A stretch of 63,640 nt of DNA, the filler included, from Saprolegnia diclina VS20 (Eukaryota): assembly GCF_000281045.1 (NCBI RefSeq). It is 8 parts of 5 records of this genome, joined end to end, with 100 filler letters (N's around TTAATTAATTAA, not from the genome) between each part and the next. Parts side by side here need not be neighbours in the genome. Positions count along the whole stretch, not along the records: positions 1 to 24,920 come from NW_008246212.1; 7 more parts are not named here. One strand, 5' to 3'. The notes beneath the pieces are model-generated. The model worked only from the letters and a program-made list of their open reading frames with translations. It was not told the DNA's origin and ran no database searches. Below are positions 1-10,679 of the stretch, piece by piece. The stretch's first letter is position 1. Each line of letters begins with the position of its first letter. The position numbers and the translations under genes were made by a program.

Positions 1-1
1 A

Positions 2-1615
2 GCTGAGCTTTTCGAACTCCACCTCGTCTTGATGGAGAAGCACGTCGTGGGCCTGCCGTGCGAGACTCACTGCGGTGGCTACAACAAGCGCCGGCGATAC
101 GGTCGCTACGAAGACTACGACGACGGAGCAGATGATGGGGAAAGCGCAGAGATGGACGAGATCCACGATGAGACGCTGCGCGTGCTACATTGGGTCAACG
201 AGCGCAACGAGCAGCTCAAGTTGGCGTCAGTCCAAATTCAGTTAGAGTCCGAGCTTGTCAACAACGTCGACGACGTATTTGAAGACATGGAGCCAACACA
301 GCGCGAGTACGAGGGCTACACTGGCAACGCCGGCCCAACGCTCGAGTTTACGTACCGACGGGCGCTGCTCGTGCTCTGGCCGCGCGCACGGTCGCTAGAA
401 GTCGCAGGTGTCAAGTCGGCTCTTTCCCGGGTGCAGTCGCTTGTCGACAGTGGTGACGCAGCGTCTGCGGAATCGCTGCTGGAGCGCATTGCTGCGTTTG
501 CGGTTGCGCCAACAGAACCCGAGCTAGCAACTGCTCTACAAGCGGCCGCGACAATTGCCGCGCGAGAATCTGCTGTCGCCATGCTGCGCCGGTGGGCAGC
601 GACGCCGAAAGCACCGGTGCCATCGCGTAGCAGCTACTACGACAAGCAGACGCCAACCGACTCTACAACAACGTTGGTACCGGCAATTGCTGCGCTCATA
701 CACTCCTTTGGATGGACGTCGTCGTTCAAGGAGCTCATTAGTACGACAGTCGCGCCTCGCCTCGGCCTCGCAGCAGTCGTGCAGCTCGCCGGCGCGGCAC
801 CCCAAGCTGCCGATACACTCTTATCAACCGTAAACTGGACAACCACGACCTTACCCCTGCCGTCCCTTTCGGCACTACACGACCTGGACGCAAACGGACG
901 ACTGCCCGACAGAGTCTTCATGCAGCTCGTAGCCAAATCGGATTTGAGCTACGGCGATATGTCCACGCTCGTGCGGCGTGCAATCGGCCAAGAGAGTCCG
1001 AGCAGCGTGTTTCTCGCCATTGCTCTGGCCCAGAGGCCCCCGGACAAGACTCACACCGTGCCGATCGCGACGACGCTTCTCTCGGTGCCGGCGGCCGCTG
1101 CTCTTTTTGTGCAATCGCTGCTGGGTCCGTGCCAACATGCCAGCGATTCGATCGTACCCGGTATCTTGGAGACGGCGCGTCAACTAAGTAATACGCCAGC
1201 TTACCAGAACCTCGTGTCCTTCCGCCTGCGCTTGTTGCCAGGAGCTAAAGATGCACCTCCAGTCAAGACGTGGTGCCAACCAAGCGCGCGGCTGCCGTCG
1301 CACCCGCGCGTCCAGGACTTTCTCCGCGGTCCGACACAAACTATGACTGAAGTCGGCTTTAACGGCATCGCCCATGCCCGCAACTTTGCCAACAAGTATT
1401 TTGGCGCTGGCGTCAACCGCGTCACTGGCGCGAGTGCAATGGCGGAGCCCTATGGCACGGGCCAAAACGCCCGCTGCGATATTACCAAGACCGACTCGTA
1501 CTACAAGGCGTCGCTTGTCAAGTGGAAGCAACGCCGCGACGAGGGAATCGCTTTAAGGCAGCTCCTTTCCGCACCTTTCGAGCGGGTGACCGTGTCGATT
1601 GGTGCGGACGTCTAA
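2..1615 (+). CDS. 5'-partial hypothetical protein of the fungal/oomycete family that usually carries an N-terminal 2OG-Fe(II) oxygenase domain (only the C-terminal part is in the window)
   Basis: The reading frame is open from the window start to TAA at 1615. It contains the family-like motif EYEGYTGNAGPTLEFTYRRALLVLWP and a C-terminal WCQPSARLPSHPRVQDFLRGP segment. A paralog lies at 4761-6217. The oxygenase domain itself is not visible, so that assignment is inference. Confidence 0.6.
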   Translation, partial: AELFELHLVLMEKHVVGLPCETHCGGYNKRRRYGRYEDYDDGADDGESAEMDEIHDETLRVLHWVNERNEQLKLASVQIQLESELVNNVDDVFEDMEPTQREYEGYTGNAGPTLEFTYRRALLVLWPRARSLEVAGVKSALSRVQSLVDSGDAASAESLLERIAAFAVAPTEPELATALQAAATIAARESAVAMLRRWAATPKAPVPSRSSYYDKQTPTDSTTTLVPAIAALIHSFGWTSSFKELISTTVAPRLGLAAVVQLAGAAPQAADTLLSTVNWTTTTLPLPSLSALHDLDANGRLPDRVFMQLVAKSDLSYGDMSTLVRRAIGQESPSSVFLAIALAQRPPDKTHTVPIATTLLSVPAAAALFVQSLLGPCQHASDSIVPGILETARQLSNTPAYQNLVSFRLRLLPGAKDAPPVKTWCQPSARLPSHPRVQDFLRGPTQTMTEVGFNGIAHARNFANKYFGAGVNRVTGASAMAEPYGTGQNARCDITKTDSYYKASLVKWKQRRDEGIALRQLLSAPFERVTVSIGADV

Positions 1616-2329
1616 TTGCACTCCAAATGAATATCATTTTGTCGAGTTCTTGCTCGTAGCACAAAATACATTATTTGGGTGACACAAAAATCTGTGGTCG
1701 TACTACTGGAGGCACATCTGCAAGAGTCGATGTCGCTCATGATAATGATGAGCGGCTTGGGCGAATGCGCCATTGACACCTTGAGCGACTCGACTGGATG
1801 TGCTGCCTAACTTCTGCAAGTATCAGCTCACTTACATGTCGTGTGTCGACAAATGCTACTCTTGCAAACGATGGGCGAACTCTTCGTGTTGGTTTGTGTT
1901 GTATGCGGCCAAGTTGCGATTGTCGTGGCAAGATCAGTGTGTCTGCCGTCCCATTCTATCACAGAACAGCGAATCAGGAAATCCAAGCCCAGGACTTTCC
2001 GATTCATTCTCCAAAGAGTCGCCACGGATTCGACACACAATGCGCGCCGACCGATGATCTTCGACATGCCCCAGTAAAAGCATCGCGGCAACTTTGAGCC
2101 GATGCTCCAGCCCGTGGAGGACGTGTCAAAGCCCCATACGAGCGGTCAAGAATCTCCAACAAGTCACCTGTCGTTCGGTAGTGACGATGACAGTAGCGAC
2201 TGCAGCAGCGGCAACAGTCAGAACTATCGACGCGGAAGGTGGCTACAACGCCGTTTTCGACGCAATCAGCGGCCATAGCAACTTCTACAATGACGACGAT
2301 GCTGAAGAGACCCGAGTAGATGGCCAAAT

Positions 2330-2443
2330 GATGTTGACATCACGAAAGCGCTCCTTCAGTCGATCCTCGACAGCGTCGTCACCGAAGGCACTTTCGCCAC
2401 CGGCGACCAACTCCCCGATGCCTTCCCACCCTCGCTGCTGCGC
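2330..2443 (+). other. N-terminal fragment of another copy of the same gene family, cut by a gap
   Basis: Reads DVDITKALLQSILDSVVTEGTFATGDQLPDAFPPSLLR. About 38 nt (cgctccttcagtcgatcctcgacagcgtcgtcaccgaa) are identical to 3933-3970, which precedes the gap leading into the 4761-6217 paralog. Confidence 0.4.
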
Positions 2444-2574
2444 NNNNNNNNNNNNNNNNNNNNNNNNNNNNNNNNNNNNNNNNNNNNNNNNNNNNNNNNN
2501 NNNNNNNNNNNNNNNNNNNNNNNNNNNNNNNNNNNNNNNNNNNCACACTAAACTTCTCCATTTGCAAAGATCTA

Positions 2575-3405
2575 ATGAGTGGCGGCCTTGGTCTGGTCGG
2601 GAAGAGGGCAGTCGTGGTGGGCCTCGCCAACAAGCACTCGCTCGCGTTCGCGATTGCGTCGGTGCTGCAGTCGCATGGCTGCCAAGTTGGAGTCGTATCG
2701 GCGCCCGTTTCCTTTGAGCGTGCGGCGAAAGCCATCTCGCTCCTGCCTGAGCCGCCGTCGTTCCACGTCGCTTGCGACGTCGCGCAGCCAGACGACATGG
2801 CACGCCTCAGCGACCTAGCACCGATGGATTGTGTCGTCCACTCGGTCGCCTACGCGTCCCCCGATGCGCTTACCAAGCCGTTTGCGACCACGACGCCCGA
2901 CGCCTTTCTGCAGGCGATGCTCATCAGCAGTCACTCCCTCGTGGGTCTTGTGCAGAACCTGAGCCTGAACCCCGGCGCCAGCATCGTTGCGCTCTCGTAC
3001 CTTGGCGCTGTGAAAGCGATTCCCAACTATAACGTCATGGGCCCGGCCAAGGCGGCGCTCGAAGCCACGTGTCGAGCACTCGCGCTGGAGCTTGGGCCCC
3101 GCAACATACGTGTCAACGCTGTGAGCGCGGGCCCGGTAAACACGCTTTCGGCGCGCGGCATTCCCGGCATCTCTAAGATGCGTCAATACGTCGTTGATGC
3201 TGCACCGCTGCAGCGCAACATCACGCCGGAAGAAGTGGCCAACGCCACGGCTTTTCTCTGCTCCCCGCTTGCCAGCGGTATGACAGGGCAAACCATCTAC
3301 GGTACGAACATGGTACAACATGTAGTGTGATGTTATGGTGTTTGATGTCTAGTTGACGGTGGCATGAGCTCGATTGCGATGGTGGCCCCAAAATTGGACA
3401 CATAG
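2575..3405 (+). CDS. fabI: Enoyl-[acyl-carrier-protein] reductase, bacterial FabI type; exons 2575-3301 and 3353-3405
   Basis: Motifs GLANKHSLAFAIA, VHSVAYA, YNVMGPAKAALE (YxxMxxxK), IRVNAVSAGPVNTLSARGI and PLQRN. A GT-AG intron at 3302-3352 restores TGQTIYVDGG. Confidence 0.9.
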
Positions 3406-3899
3406 ACGCCCGCATCAGAGCAAAAATAGTGTGGAATAAAACGAGGTTGCACTGCTTGCTATTGCTTGCTGGTATCGGATAAGCAACCTGGTTACTTGTC
3501 TATTTGTGTTCCTCTTCATCGCAAACTATATAGCCCAGCAACGAAAGCCAGCCGCGATATGTCGCCAAGGCGCTGGGTATTCCTGCAGGCGGACGAAAAT
3601 AGCCGAGACCCAGCCGATGGTAGCTCCGACGGTACCAGTTGACCAGCTGCCAGTTGACTATCCCGCACCGAGTCCCATACGCACAACCAATCAGAGCTCG
3701 TCGTGCCGTGCCATCATAATTACAAGGACAAAGCCTATGGATCAAACACCACTGCTGCGTGTGTCCGGCGCTGCCCGCCACTGCGCGGTTGCCAATCAGC
3801 TGGAGTGTCAGGATGATGCATTCTGCACGCCCGACCTAGAGCCCGTGTACGAACAGCATGCCCCATCTAGCAACATCGTTCACCCGGCCGATGGCGATC

Positions 3900-6217
3900 C
3901 CGGAGCTGCAGCCGACACACGCGACACCAAGACGCTCCTTCAGTCGATCCTCGACAGCGTCGTCACCGAANNNNNNNNNNNNNNNNNNNNNNNNNNNNNN
4001 NNNNNNNNNNNNNNNNNNNNNNNNNNNNNNNNNNNNNNNNNNNNNNNNNNNNNNNNNNNNNNNNNNNNNNNNNNNNNNNNNNNNNNNNNNNNNNNNNNNN
4101 NNNNNNNNNNNNNNNNNNNNNNNNNNNNNNNNNNNNNNNNNNNNNNNNNNNNNNNNNNNNNNNNNNNNNNNNNNNNNNNNNNNNNNNNNNNNNNNNNNNN
4201 NNNNNNNNNNNNNNNNNNNNNNNNNNNNNNNNNNNNNNNNNNNNNNNNNNNNNNNNNNNNNNNNNNNNNNNNNNNNNNNNNNNNNNNNNNNNNNNNNNNN
4301 NNNNNNNNNNNNNNNNNNNNNNNNNNNNNNNNNNNNNNNNNNNNNNNNNNNNNNNNNNNNNNNNNNNNNNNNNNNNNNNNNNNNNNNNNNNNNNNNNNNN
4401 NNNNNNNNNNNNNNNNNNNNNNNNNNNNNNNNNNNNNNNNNNNNNNNNNNNNNNNNNNNNNNNNNNNNNNNNNNNNNNNNNNNNNNNNNNNNNNNNNNNN
4501 NNNNNNNNNNNNNNNNNNNNNNNNNNNNNNNNNNNNNNNNNNNNNNNNNNNNNNNNNNNNNNNNNNNNNNNNNNNNNNNNNNNNNNNNNNNNNNNNNNNN
4601 NNNNNNNNNNNNNNNNNNNNNNNNNNNNNNNNNNNNNNNNNNNNNNNNNNNNNNNNNNNNNNNNNNNNNNNNNNNNNNNNNNNNNNNNNNNNNNNNNNNN
4701 NNNNNNNNNNNNNNNNNNNNNNNNNNNNNNNNNNNNNNNNNNNNNNNNNNNNNNNNNNNNTTGATGCAAAGCGCGTGTCGGGGCCTACGAGGTTTTCGAA
4801 GAGAGCGAATCCGAGTCGGACCCGTATATCGAGTTGAGCGACGTCGAGATGAACGAGGGAAGCATGCACTAAACGCGCGTCGAGACGCTGCGCTGGGTTG
4901 ACGAGCGCAACCAGCGTGTACATTTGTCATCGATCCGCATCGAACTCGCGGCAGAAAGTGTCAATGACACGGACGACATCTTTGGAGCATGGCGCCGTCG
5001 AAGCGCATTCTCAAAACGTGCACTGGCAACGTTGGCCCAACAGTTGACTTCTTGTACCACAGCACGCTGCTGGTTTTCTGGCTACGGGCTCGCAGTCTGG
5101 AAGCCCTTGGCTACGGCCGTGCGTTGACTCGTCTGCAGTCGCTGCTTGACACTGGCGACGAAGGCGCTGCCGACGCGTTGCTGGGGCGTATGTCGGCGTT
5201 CACCGAGGCACCGACCGTCTCTCAGCTCGCAGCAGCGCTGGAAGCAGCGGCGACGCTCGGTGCTCTTGATCCCGCAGTCGCCATTCTGTGTCGGTAGGCG
5301 AAGGCGCCCACGAGATGGTCGTGCAAGTCCGTACCGGCACTGTTATCTCCGATCGCTGCCCTTATCAACTCATGTGCATGGACGGCCGCCTTGCAAGATG
5401 GGTGTGCAACTCGGTCGTGCCGGACCTCAACGCTGCCAACGTGGTTCAACTTGCCGCCGCCGCACCCACTGCCGCCAAGACTCTCCTGTTGAAGATCAAT
5501 ACGTCGTTGGTGCGTCTGCCACTGGATTCATTGATCGCGCTGCACGATCTCGATGCCGCTGGGCATTTGCCGTTCGGTCGGTTTTTGCACCTTGTGGAGA
5601 TGGCGGCGTTGAGCAAAACCGACATGGCGGCACGGGACACACGCGTCATGACAACCGCAGAGCCCAAACCTTCCACAACTTGCAAGACGCCGGCGCTACG
5701 ACCATTGAACCGTGCGCACTTGGCGGCCATCGCCGCGATTTTGCTCTCGAAGCCCCGGGCTGCACCCGTATTTGTGCACTCACATTGCCAAAGCGCCGAC
5801 GAGTCCTTTGTACCACTTGTTTTGGAGGCGGCGTGGCACCTCGCCGAGACGCCCATGTACGCGGATCTCGTTCGTCACCGTCCGAGCTTGCTGCCGGACG
5901 TCGACGACCAGCCACCGGTGGAGTTGTGGTGCCAACCGAATGCGCACTTGCCAGCGTACCCACGCGTGGAGGCCTTTCTCCGCGACCCCAAGCGGGAGAC
6001 AACGGAGCACGGCTTCAGCAACACGGGCATCTACTTCGCAGCCACGTACTTTGGCCCCAGCATCAACGCGACCTCGGACGCGAGCTCAGAGGCGACGCCC
6101 TTTCGCGCCGGGAAGGCTGCATGCTGCAGCATTGCCAAGACGACCGCATTCTACGCTGTGGCACTTGAAACGTGGACGAAGCGCCGCGACGAGGCGTCGG
6201 CCTGCACCAGACTTTGA
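3900..6217 (+). pseudogene. Degraded paralog of the 2-1615 gene, spanning gap 3971-4760
   Basis: Colinear similarity to the first gene (WVDERNQ, TCTGNVGPTVDFLYHSTLLVFW, WCQPNAHLPAYPRVEAFLRDP, WTKRRDE). The match is split across frames with frameshifts and stops near 4985 and 5295. Confidence 0.7.
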
Positions 6218-6343
6218 AACCGATTCAGCAATCATCGGAATTGCGCAAACCATGCAGTTGCTACTAGCAACAGATCAGCAAGCATTTTGTGAGGGTACAT
6301 CATGAATGCTTTTTTGGTTTTATATAAGAGGTGTCGTCGACAA

Positions 6344-9300
6344 CTAGAGCGTGAGCCCGAGGTACGACCGCTCAAACGTGTAGTCACCGTCGTTCGGGAT
6401 GAGCGGGTACGCAGGCGTGAGCGCGTCCTGCGCGTACATGTAGAGCGAGTTGTAGATCTTCCAGTAGACCTCGCGCACGCGTCGCGCGGGGTGGAAGAGC
6501 CCCTGGAGGCAAAACTGCAGAATGACATGCGCACCAAGCGCGACGCGGCAGCCCTCGATCGCGTCAAAGACGGCGCCAATGACGTGTGGCGACGTCTCAA
6601 AGATGTTAGGCCACACAAAGTTGAGCAAGTGGATCACCGCGTCTTCGCAGCCAAGGCCCGCGACACCGAGTGCGAGGTGCTTGACCGTCGTCGCCGCCGT
6701 CTGCCGATGCACAAGGTCGCGGTCCATGAGCGCGTCTTGCAGCAACGGAGTGACCGCGTAGATGTAGTCCTTGCCCATTTCGCCAATGTACTCGAACATG
6801 AACGAGAAGGCCTTGAGGACACCATTCTGGACGTTGAGCTCTGGCACGCGGTACTCGTTCATGAGCGCAGGGATGACGGTGAACGGCGAGCACGTCTCGG
6901 CCACGATCGCAATCGCGACCGTTGTGCAAACGCGGTTCTGACGCTCTTGCACCTTGAGATTGTTGAGAAGCGTGTGGAGCACGTCTTGGGGGCCAATCGC
7001 CTTGGCAATGTACCCAAATGTGTTGACAGCCGCGCGGCGAATGCCCTTCTTGTGGGCCTTGAGCATCTCGAGGAGCTCAAAGCAGATGCGCATCCACTCG
7101 CGCGCCGAGACGAGCTCCGCGCCGCGATCTGCGATACGCCCGACGAGGTCGATGCAGTTTTCCTGCACTTTTTCATGGCGGTTCTTGAGGATCGGCGTCA
7201 GTCGCGGCAAGAGGTCCTTGATCGGCGGCGTCATCTTGGCCATACCAATGACGTTGACGATGGCCTTGAGCGCACCCAGGATCGACCCGAGGACCTCTGG
7301 GTACTCTTCACCGAGGTACTCGTACAAGACGACGCCCATGTGACCCATGAGCTGCTCCTGGTCGCACGTCTTCATGACGACCGCAATGCGGTTGATGAGA
7401 TCTGCGGCTTGCATGCGCACCTTCGCAGGCTTGTTGTTGAGGCGCCACTTGATCGTACCGCAGATCTGCGGTAGGTAGTTCTTGGCGCGCAACCCGAGCG
7501 CGTTGACGACGACGCCAAAGCCGTTGAGCATCGTGGACGTGTCGTCCGCCGTCTGCTCTTGAAAAGCAAAGAGGAGGCCGTCGATGAGCTTCTCCTCAAG
7601 GTCCGTGTCGATGTCGGTCACGCCAAGGTTCTGCACAATGTTGTCGATTGCCTCCATGACCATTCGCCGGTATGGCTCGCTCTCGTCCTTGAGGTCGTCG
7701 ACGACACGTCCGACAATTTCGGAGGCGCCCACCGCGTTGGCGAGCGCGACGGTCGTTTCGACGAGCTGCTTGTAGTTGCGCTTGTCGAGCGCCATGCGGC
7801 GGACCCAAAAGTGCCGGAAAAAGTCGGGCAGCACGTGGCTCTTGACGTACGACGGCGCGACGCCCTCGGTGGCGACGCACTGCTGGACGACCTTGAGCAC
7901 AATCTTCTTCATCTCTTCATCCGGCGACTGGAACTCACGGATGAGGATCACCATGCTCTCGCGCGTGTAGTAGTTGGCGCAGTTGGCGTCCATGAGCGGA
8001 ATGATGTACCCGATCGCCTTGAGGAAGGCTGCGAGGCCCTTGCCCCGGTGCTGGCGGATGCCCTTCCAGAGGGGCCGAATGACCGAGTCGAACGACTCAA
8101 TACCGTACGGGTGAGCGGCCTCGGCAAGTGCAGCCAGCGAGAGCGCCGTGATCGTGCGCACCTTTTGCTGGTCGTCGACGAGACCGTGGCCAACGCACTC
8201 GACGAGGTGCTTCAAATGCGGGAGCACCGCGCAGCCCATAAGAATCGCAATCTGCTGCACAATCTTGATACCCGTATGGCGCGCCTCCCAAGACTTGCGC
8301 GAATTGCACACGGCCTTGAGGAAGGGCAGCAGCGCTGGAATCCCGAGAGCCGACGCCACGACCGCAAACGCCCGCGCCGTCGTGTTGCGCACGTACTCGT
8401 CGGCGTTGTCAATGTCGGGACGCATCGTCGAGATCATCGTCGCGAGACCCGCGGCCTTGGAGAGGTTCGAGATGATTTCGCGGCCCTCAACACGCGCGTA
8501 GTAGTCTTCGTCAATGAGCAGCGGCTCGATGACGACGAGGATCTTGTGCACGAACGGCCGGACAAGGTCGTCGAGCTTGTACAGAATGCGGTCAATGACC
8601 TTGACCAGCAAGTGGCGCTCCTGGTCCTCCAGCGTCGGCGCCATGAGCAGCGGCAAAATCTGGTTGAAGAGCGGCCCCGCGCCGAGCTCGCGCGCCTTGT
8701 CTGTAAGCTGGCGCAGCGCCGTCTTGCGCTGGGGTGGTGTCCCGTTCTTGATTTTGAGGAGAAGCCGCATGATCTTGCGCTCCTTGACTGTCTCGGCGTC
8801 GAGCGCCTCGTCGTCGACCTCTTCCATGAGCTTCCCAAAGTACTGGTAGTCCTCGGGCTTGATGAACGGCATGTCGCCACCCGATGGCGTTTGCGGCACC
8901 GCGAGGCCATAGTCCGAGACACCACCGGGAGTGGACGCTGCAATCGAGAACCCCGGCGTCTGGCCCATTGGCGTCGGCGTCGCCATGAGCTTGCGCGAAG
9001 GTGTTCGGATCGGCATGTAGTTGGCTGGCGGGTCCAAGATCTTGTACCCGGACGTTGGGAACATTGCGTCCAGCTCCTCGTCGGTCAGCGGCCGGTTGCG
9101 CTCATCGATCTCGCGCTCCCAGCGCAGACGCTGAGCAACCTCGGGCGTGATTTGCGACGACAAAAAGTGCGTGCCGCCGGGCGTCATCATGATACCGGGT
9201 GTTTGTCCACCCGGTTGCTCAGGCATGGGCGTCTCGTCCCAGCGCGACCGCTTCCGGCCGGGCGTCGGGGTCACGCCGCCGTAGTCGCTCGTCCGCGCCT

Positions 9301-10048
9301 GCTGCGGAGTTTCGTCCCACTTGGTTGACGAGGACGATGCTGCTGGCGCAGCGCTGGTCGTACCGGCCGGAGCGGGGGTTTCGTCCCATCGGTTCTTCTT
9401 CGGTGTCGCCGCCGGGGTTGCGTCCCAGCGCGAGGCCACAGGCGTGGCCGCGGCAGCGCTCTTGTCAAGGCCTTCGTTGTCAGAGCGGTCCCACTCGGAC
9501 GCCGACTCATCCGTAGTCGCACCTTCCGCGTTCGAAGACGAGCCCGCGTCGTCCCATCGCCGGCGCTTCTTCTTCGCCGCCTCTTCGACCGCAATCTCTT
9601 CTTCCTCCTGACGCTTCTTACGGATCTTGCGCATTACCTCTTCGCGCTCGGCGTCCAGCTGCTGGCTGTGCATGATTTCACGATAGCTCTTGGCGGCGCC
9701 GTCCTTGCCGCCTCCAAACGCATCCGCGCGTTCCGGCGACAGCATGCGATCGAAGCGCCGCTTCGTATACGCGTTCTCGCGGTCCACGATCTTGGTGTTG
9801 ACCATGCCCGAGCCATTGGCTTCGCGACGCTCCTTGTCCTCGAACGGATTGTAGTCCTCGTCGATGAGGCCGTCCGCGGGGCCGTGGCCGCGCTTGGCCT
9901 GCGCCCGCGGGTCCGCCTTCTCATCTTCCTCGTCATCCAGCGTCCGCGAGTAGCCCGCGAACTTGTCCGTGCCCATGCCTCCGTAGAGGTCCGCGTCAAA
10001 GTGCGTGCCCGCCGACGTGAGCGCGATGCGGTCCTTCTCGTCCGCCAT
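6344..10048 (-). CDS. SF3B1: Splicing factor 3B subunit 1 (U2/U12 snRNP), intronless
   Basis: RWDETP ULM repeats, [22 protein letters not shown], and highly conserved HEAT repeats ([33 protein letters not shown]). The likely start is MADEKDR at 10048; the ORF track extends to 10096. Confidence 0.97.
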   Translation of the reverse strand: MADEKDRIALTSAGTHFDADLYGGMGTDKFAGYSRTLDDEEDEKADPRAQAKRGHGPADGLIDEDYNPFEDKERREANGSGMVNTKIVDRENAYTKRRFDRMLSPERADAFGGGKDGAAKSYREIMHSQQLDAEREEVMRKIRKKRQEEEEIAVEEAAKKKRRRWDDAGSSSNAEGATTDESASEWDRSDNEGLDKSAAAATPVASRWDATPAATPKKNRWDETPAPAGTTSAAPAASSSSTKWDETPQQARTSDYGGVTPTPGRKRSRWDETPMPEQPGGQTPGIMMTPGGTHFLSSQITPEVAQRLRWEREIDERNRPLTDEELDAMFPTSGYKILDPPANYMPIRTPSRKLMATPTPMGQTPGFSIAASTPGGVSDYGLAVPQTPSGGDMPFIKPEDYQYFGKLMEEVDDEALDAETVKERKIMRLLLKIKNGTPPQRKTALRQLTDKARELGAGPLFNQILPLLMAPTLEDQERHLLVKVIDRILYKLDDLVRPFVHKILVVIEPLLIDEDYYARVEGREIISNLSKAAGLATMISTMRPDIDNADEYVRNTTARAFAVVASALGIPALLPFLKAVCNSRKSWEARHTGIKIVQQIAILMGCAVLPHLKHLVECVGHGLVDDQQKVRTITALSLAALAEAAHPYGIESFDSVIRPLWKGIRQHRGKGLAAFLKAIGYIIPLMDANCANYYTRESMVILIREFQSPDEEMKKIVLKVVQQCVATEGVAPSYVKSHVLPDFFRHFWVRRMALDKRNYKQLVETTVALANAVGASEIVGRVVDDLKDESEPYRRMVMEAIDNIVQNLGVTDIDTDLEEKLIDGLLFAFQEQTADDTSTMLNGFGVVVNALGLRAKNYLPQICGTIKWRLNNKPAKVRMQAADLINRIAVVMKTCDQEQLMGHMGVVLYEYLGEEYPEVLGSILGALKAIVNVIGMAKMTPPIKDLLPRLTPILKNRHEKVQENCIDLVGRIADRGAELVSAREWMRICFELLEMLKAHKKGIRRAAVNTFGYIAKAIGPQDVLHTLLNNLKVQERQNRVCTTVAIAIVAETCSPFTVIPALMNEYRVPELNVQNGVLKAFSFMFEYIGEMGKDYIYAVTPLLQDALMDRDLVHRQTAATTVKHLALGVAGLGCEDAVIHLLNFVWPNIFETSPHVIGAVFDAIEGCRVALGAHVILQFCLQGLFHPARRVREVYWKIYNSLYMYAQDALTPAYPLIPNDGDYTFERSYLGLTL

Positions 10049-10679
10049 GCTTCCTGCTACTGGGCTATTTAATGCTCCCCGTCGCTCTCCATACAAACAT
10101 CCAATGAAACCACGTCATTTTATTCGGCTCGGGATCTGTGTGGTCTCTGGAACTGGACCACTTTTGGCCAATGGCAGTGCGCGACGGCTATTCTTACCGC
10201 GCAGATTACGCTCTTTCCACAGAAAATTACGTAGCCTCATGCGTTAAGAATGCCCAGTTGTCTTGTATACCGGAACACACAGCAGTGGACAGGCATCACT
10301 GCGGCGCAGAGTGACTGCGGCGCTCGTCAGCGAAGAATTGAGAACATAATTCCTACTCTTCGTTGGAATGGACGGCAGCCTCAAATCGAGGTGAAGCGGT
10401 TCCTCAATCATGCAGCTGCGCACCTGCTATCGACAGACCGAGCGTCGCGTGCAACCCCTTTATGTATTAATTCGTGGCAAGTGGACGCCATGACCAGTTG
10501 GATGCAACGCCTCTGCTTGTCCGCGTCTAATTCGTACATTAAAATAAGTTGTCGCGCATGTAGCTTGGTGAATGTATGTGAAATTGCGAAACCGTAAAAA
10601 AGAAAGCGGCTGCCTTCTTTGGCGGACGCTCTGTGGTTGGTTATTTTTCGTCGTCCGTGGGGCTCGTTGAGGAGGCAGC

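Noticed and set aside
3506..4930. Long ORFs spanning 3971-4760 and other gaps
   Set aside because: They are open only because N codons contain no stops.
6302..9328. Long antisense ORFs over SF3B1 (390 and 589 aa), and similar ones over the myosin (11649..13772), CFAP52 (27002..28357) and the S28 gene (62229..63506)
   Set aside because: These are shadow ORFs caused by GC3-rich codon bias on the coding strand and show no recognisable motifs.
6344..10048. Altered SF3B1 hotspot residues that might explain the short introns
   Set aside because: The segments corresponding to the human hotspots ([24 protein letters not shown]) look conserved.
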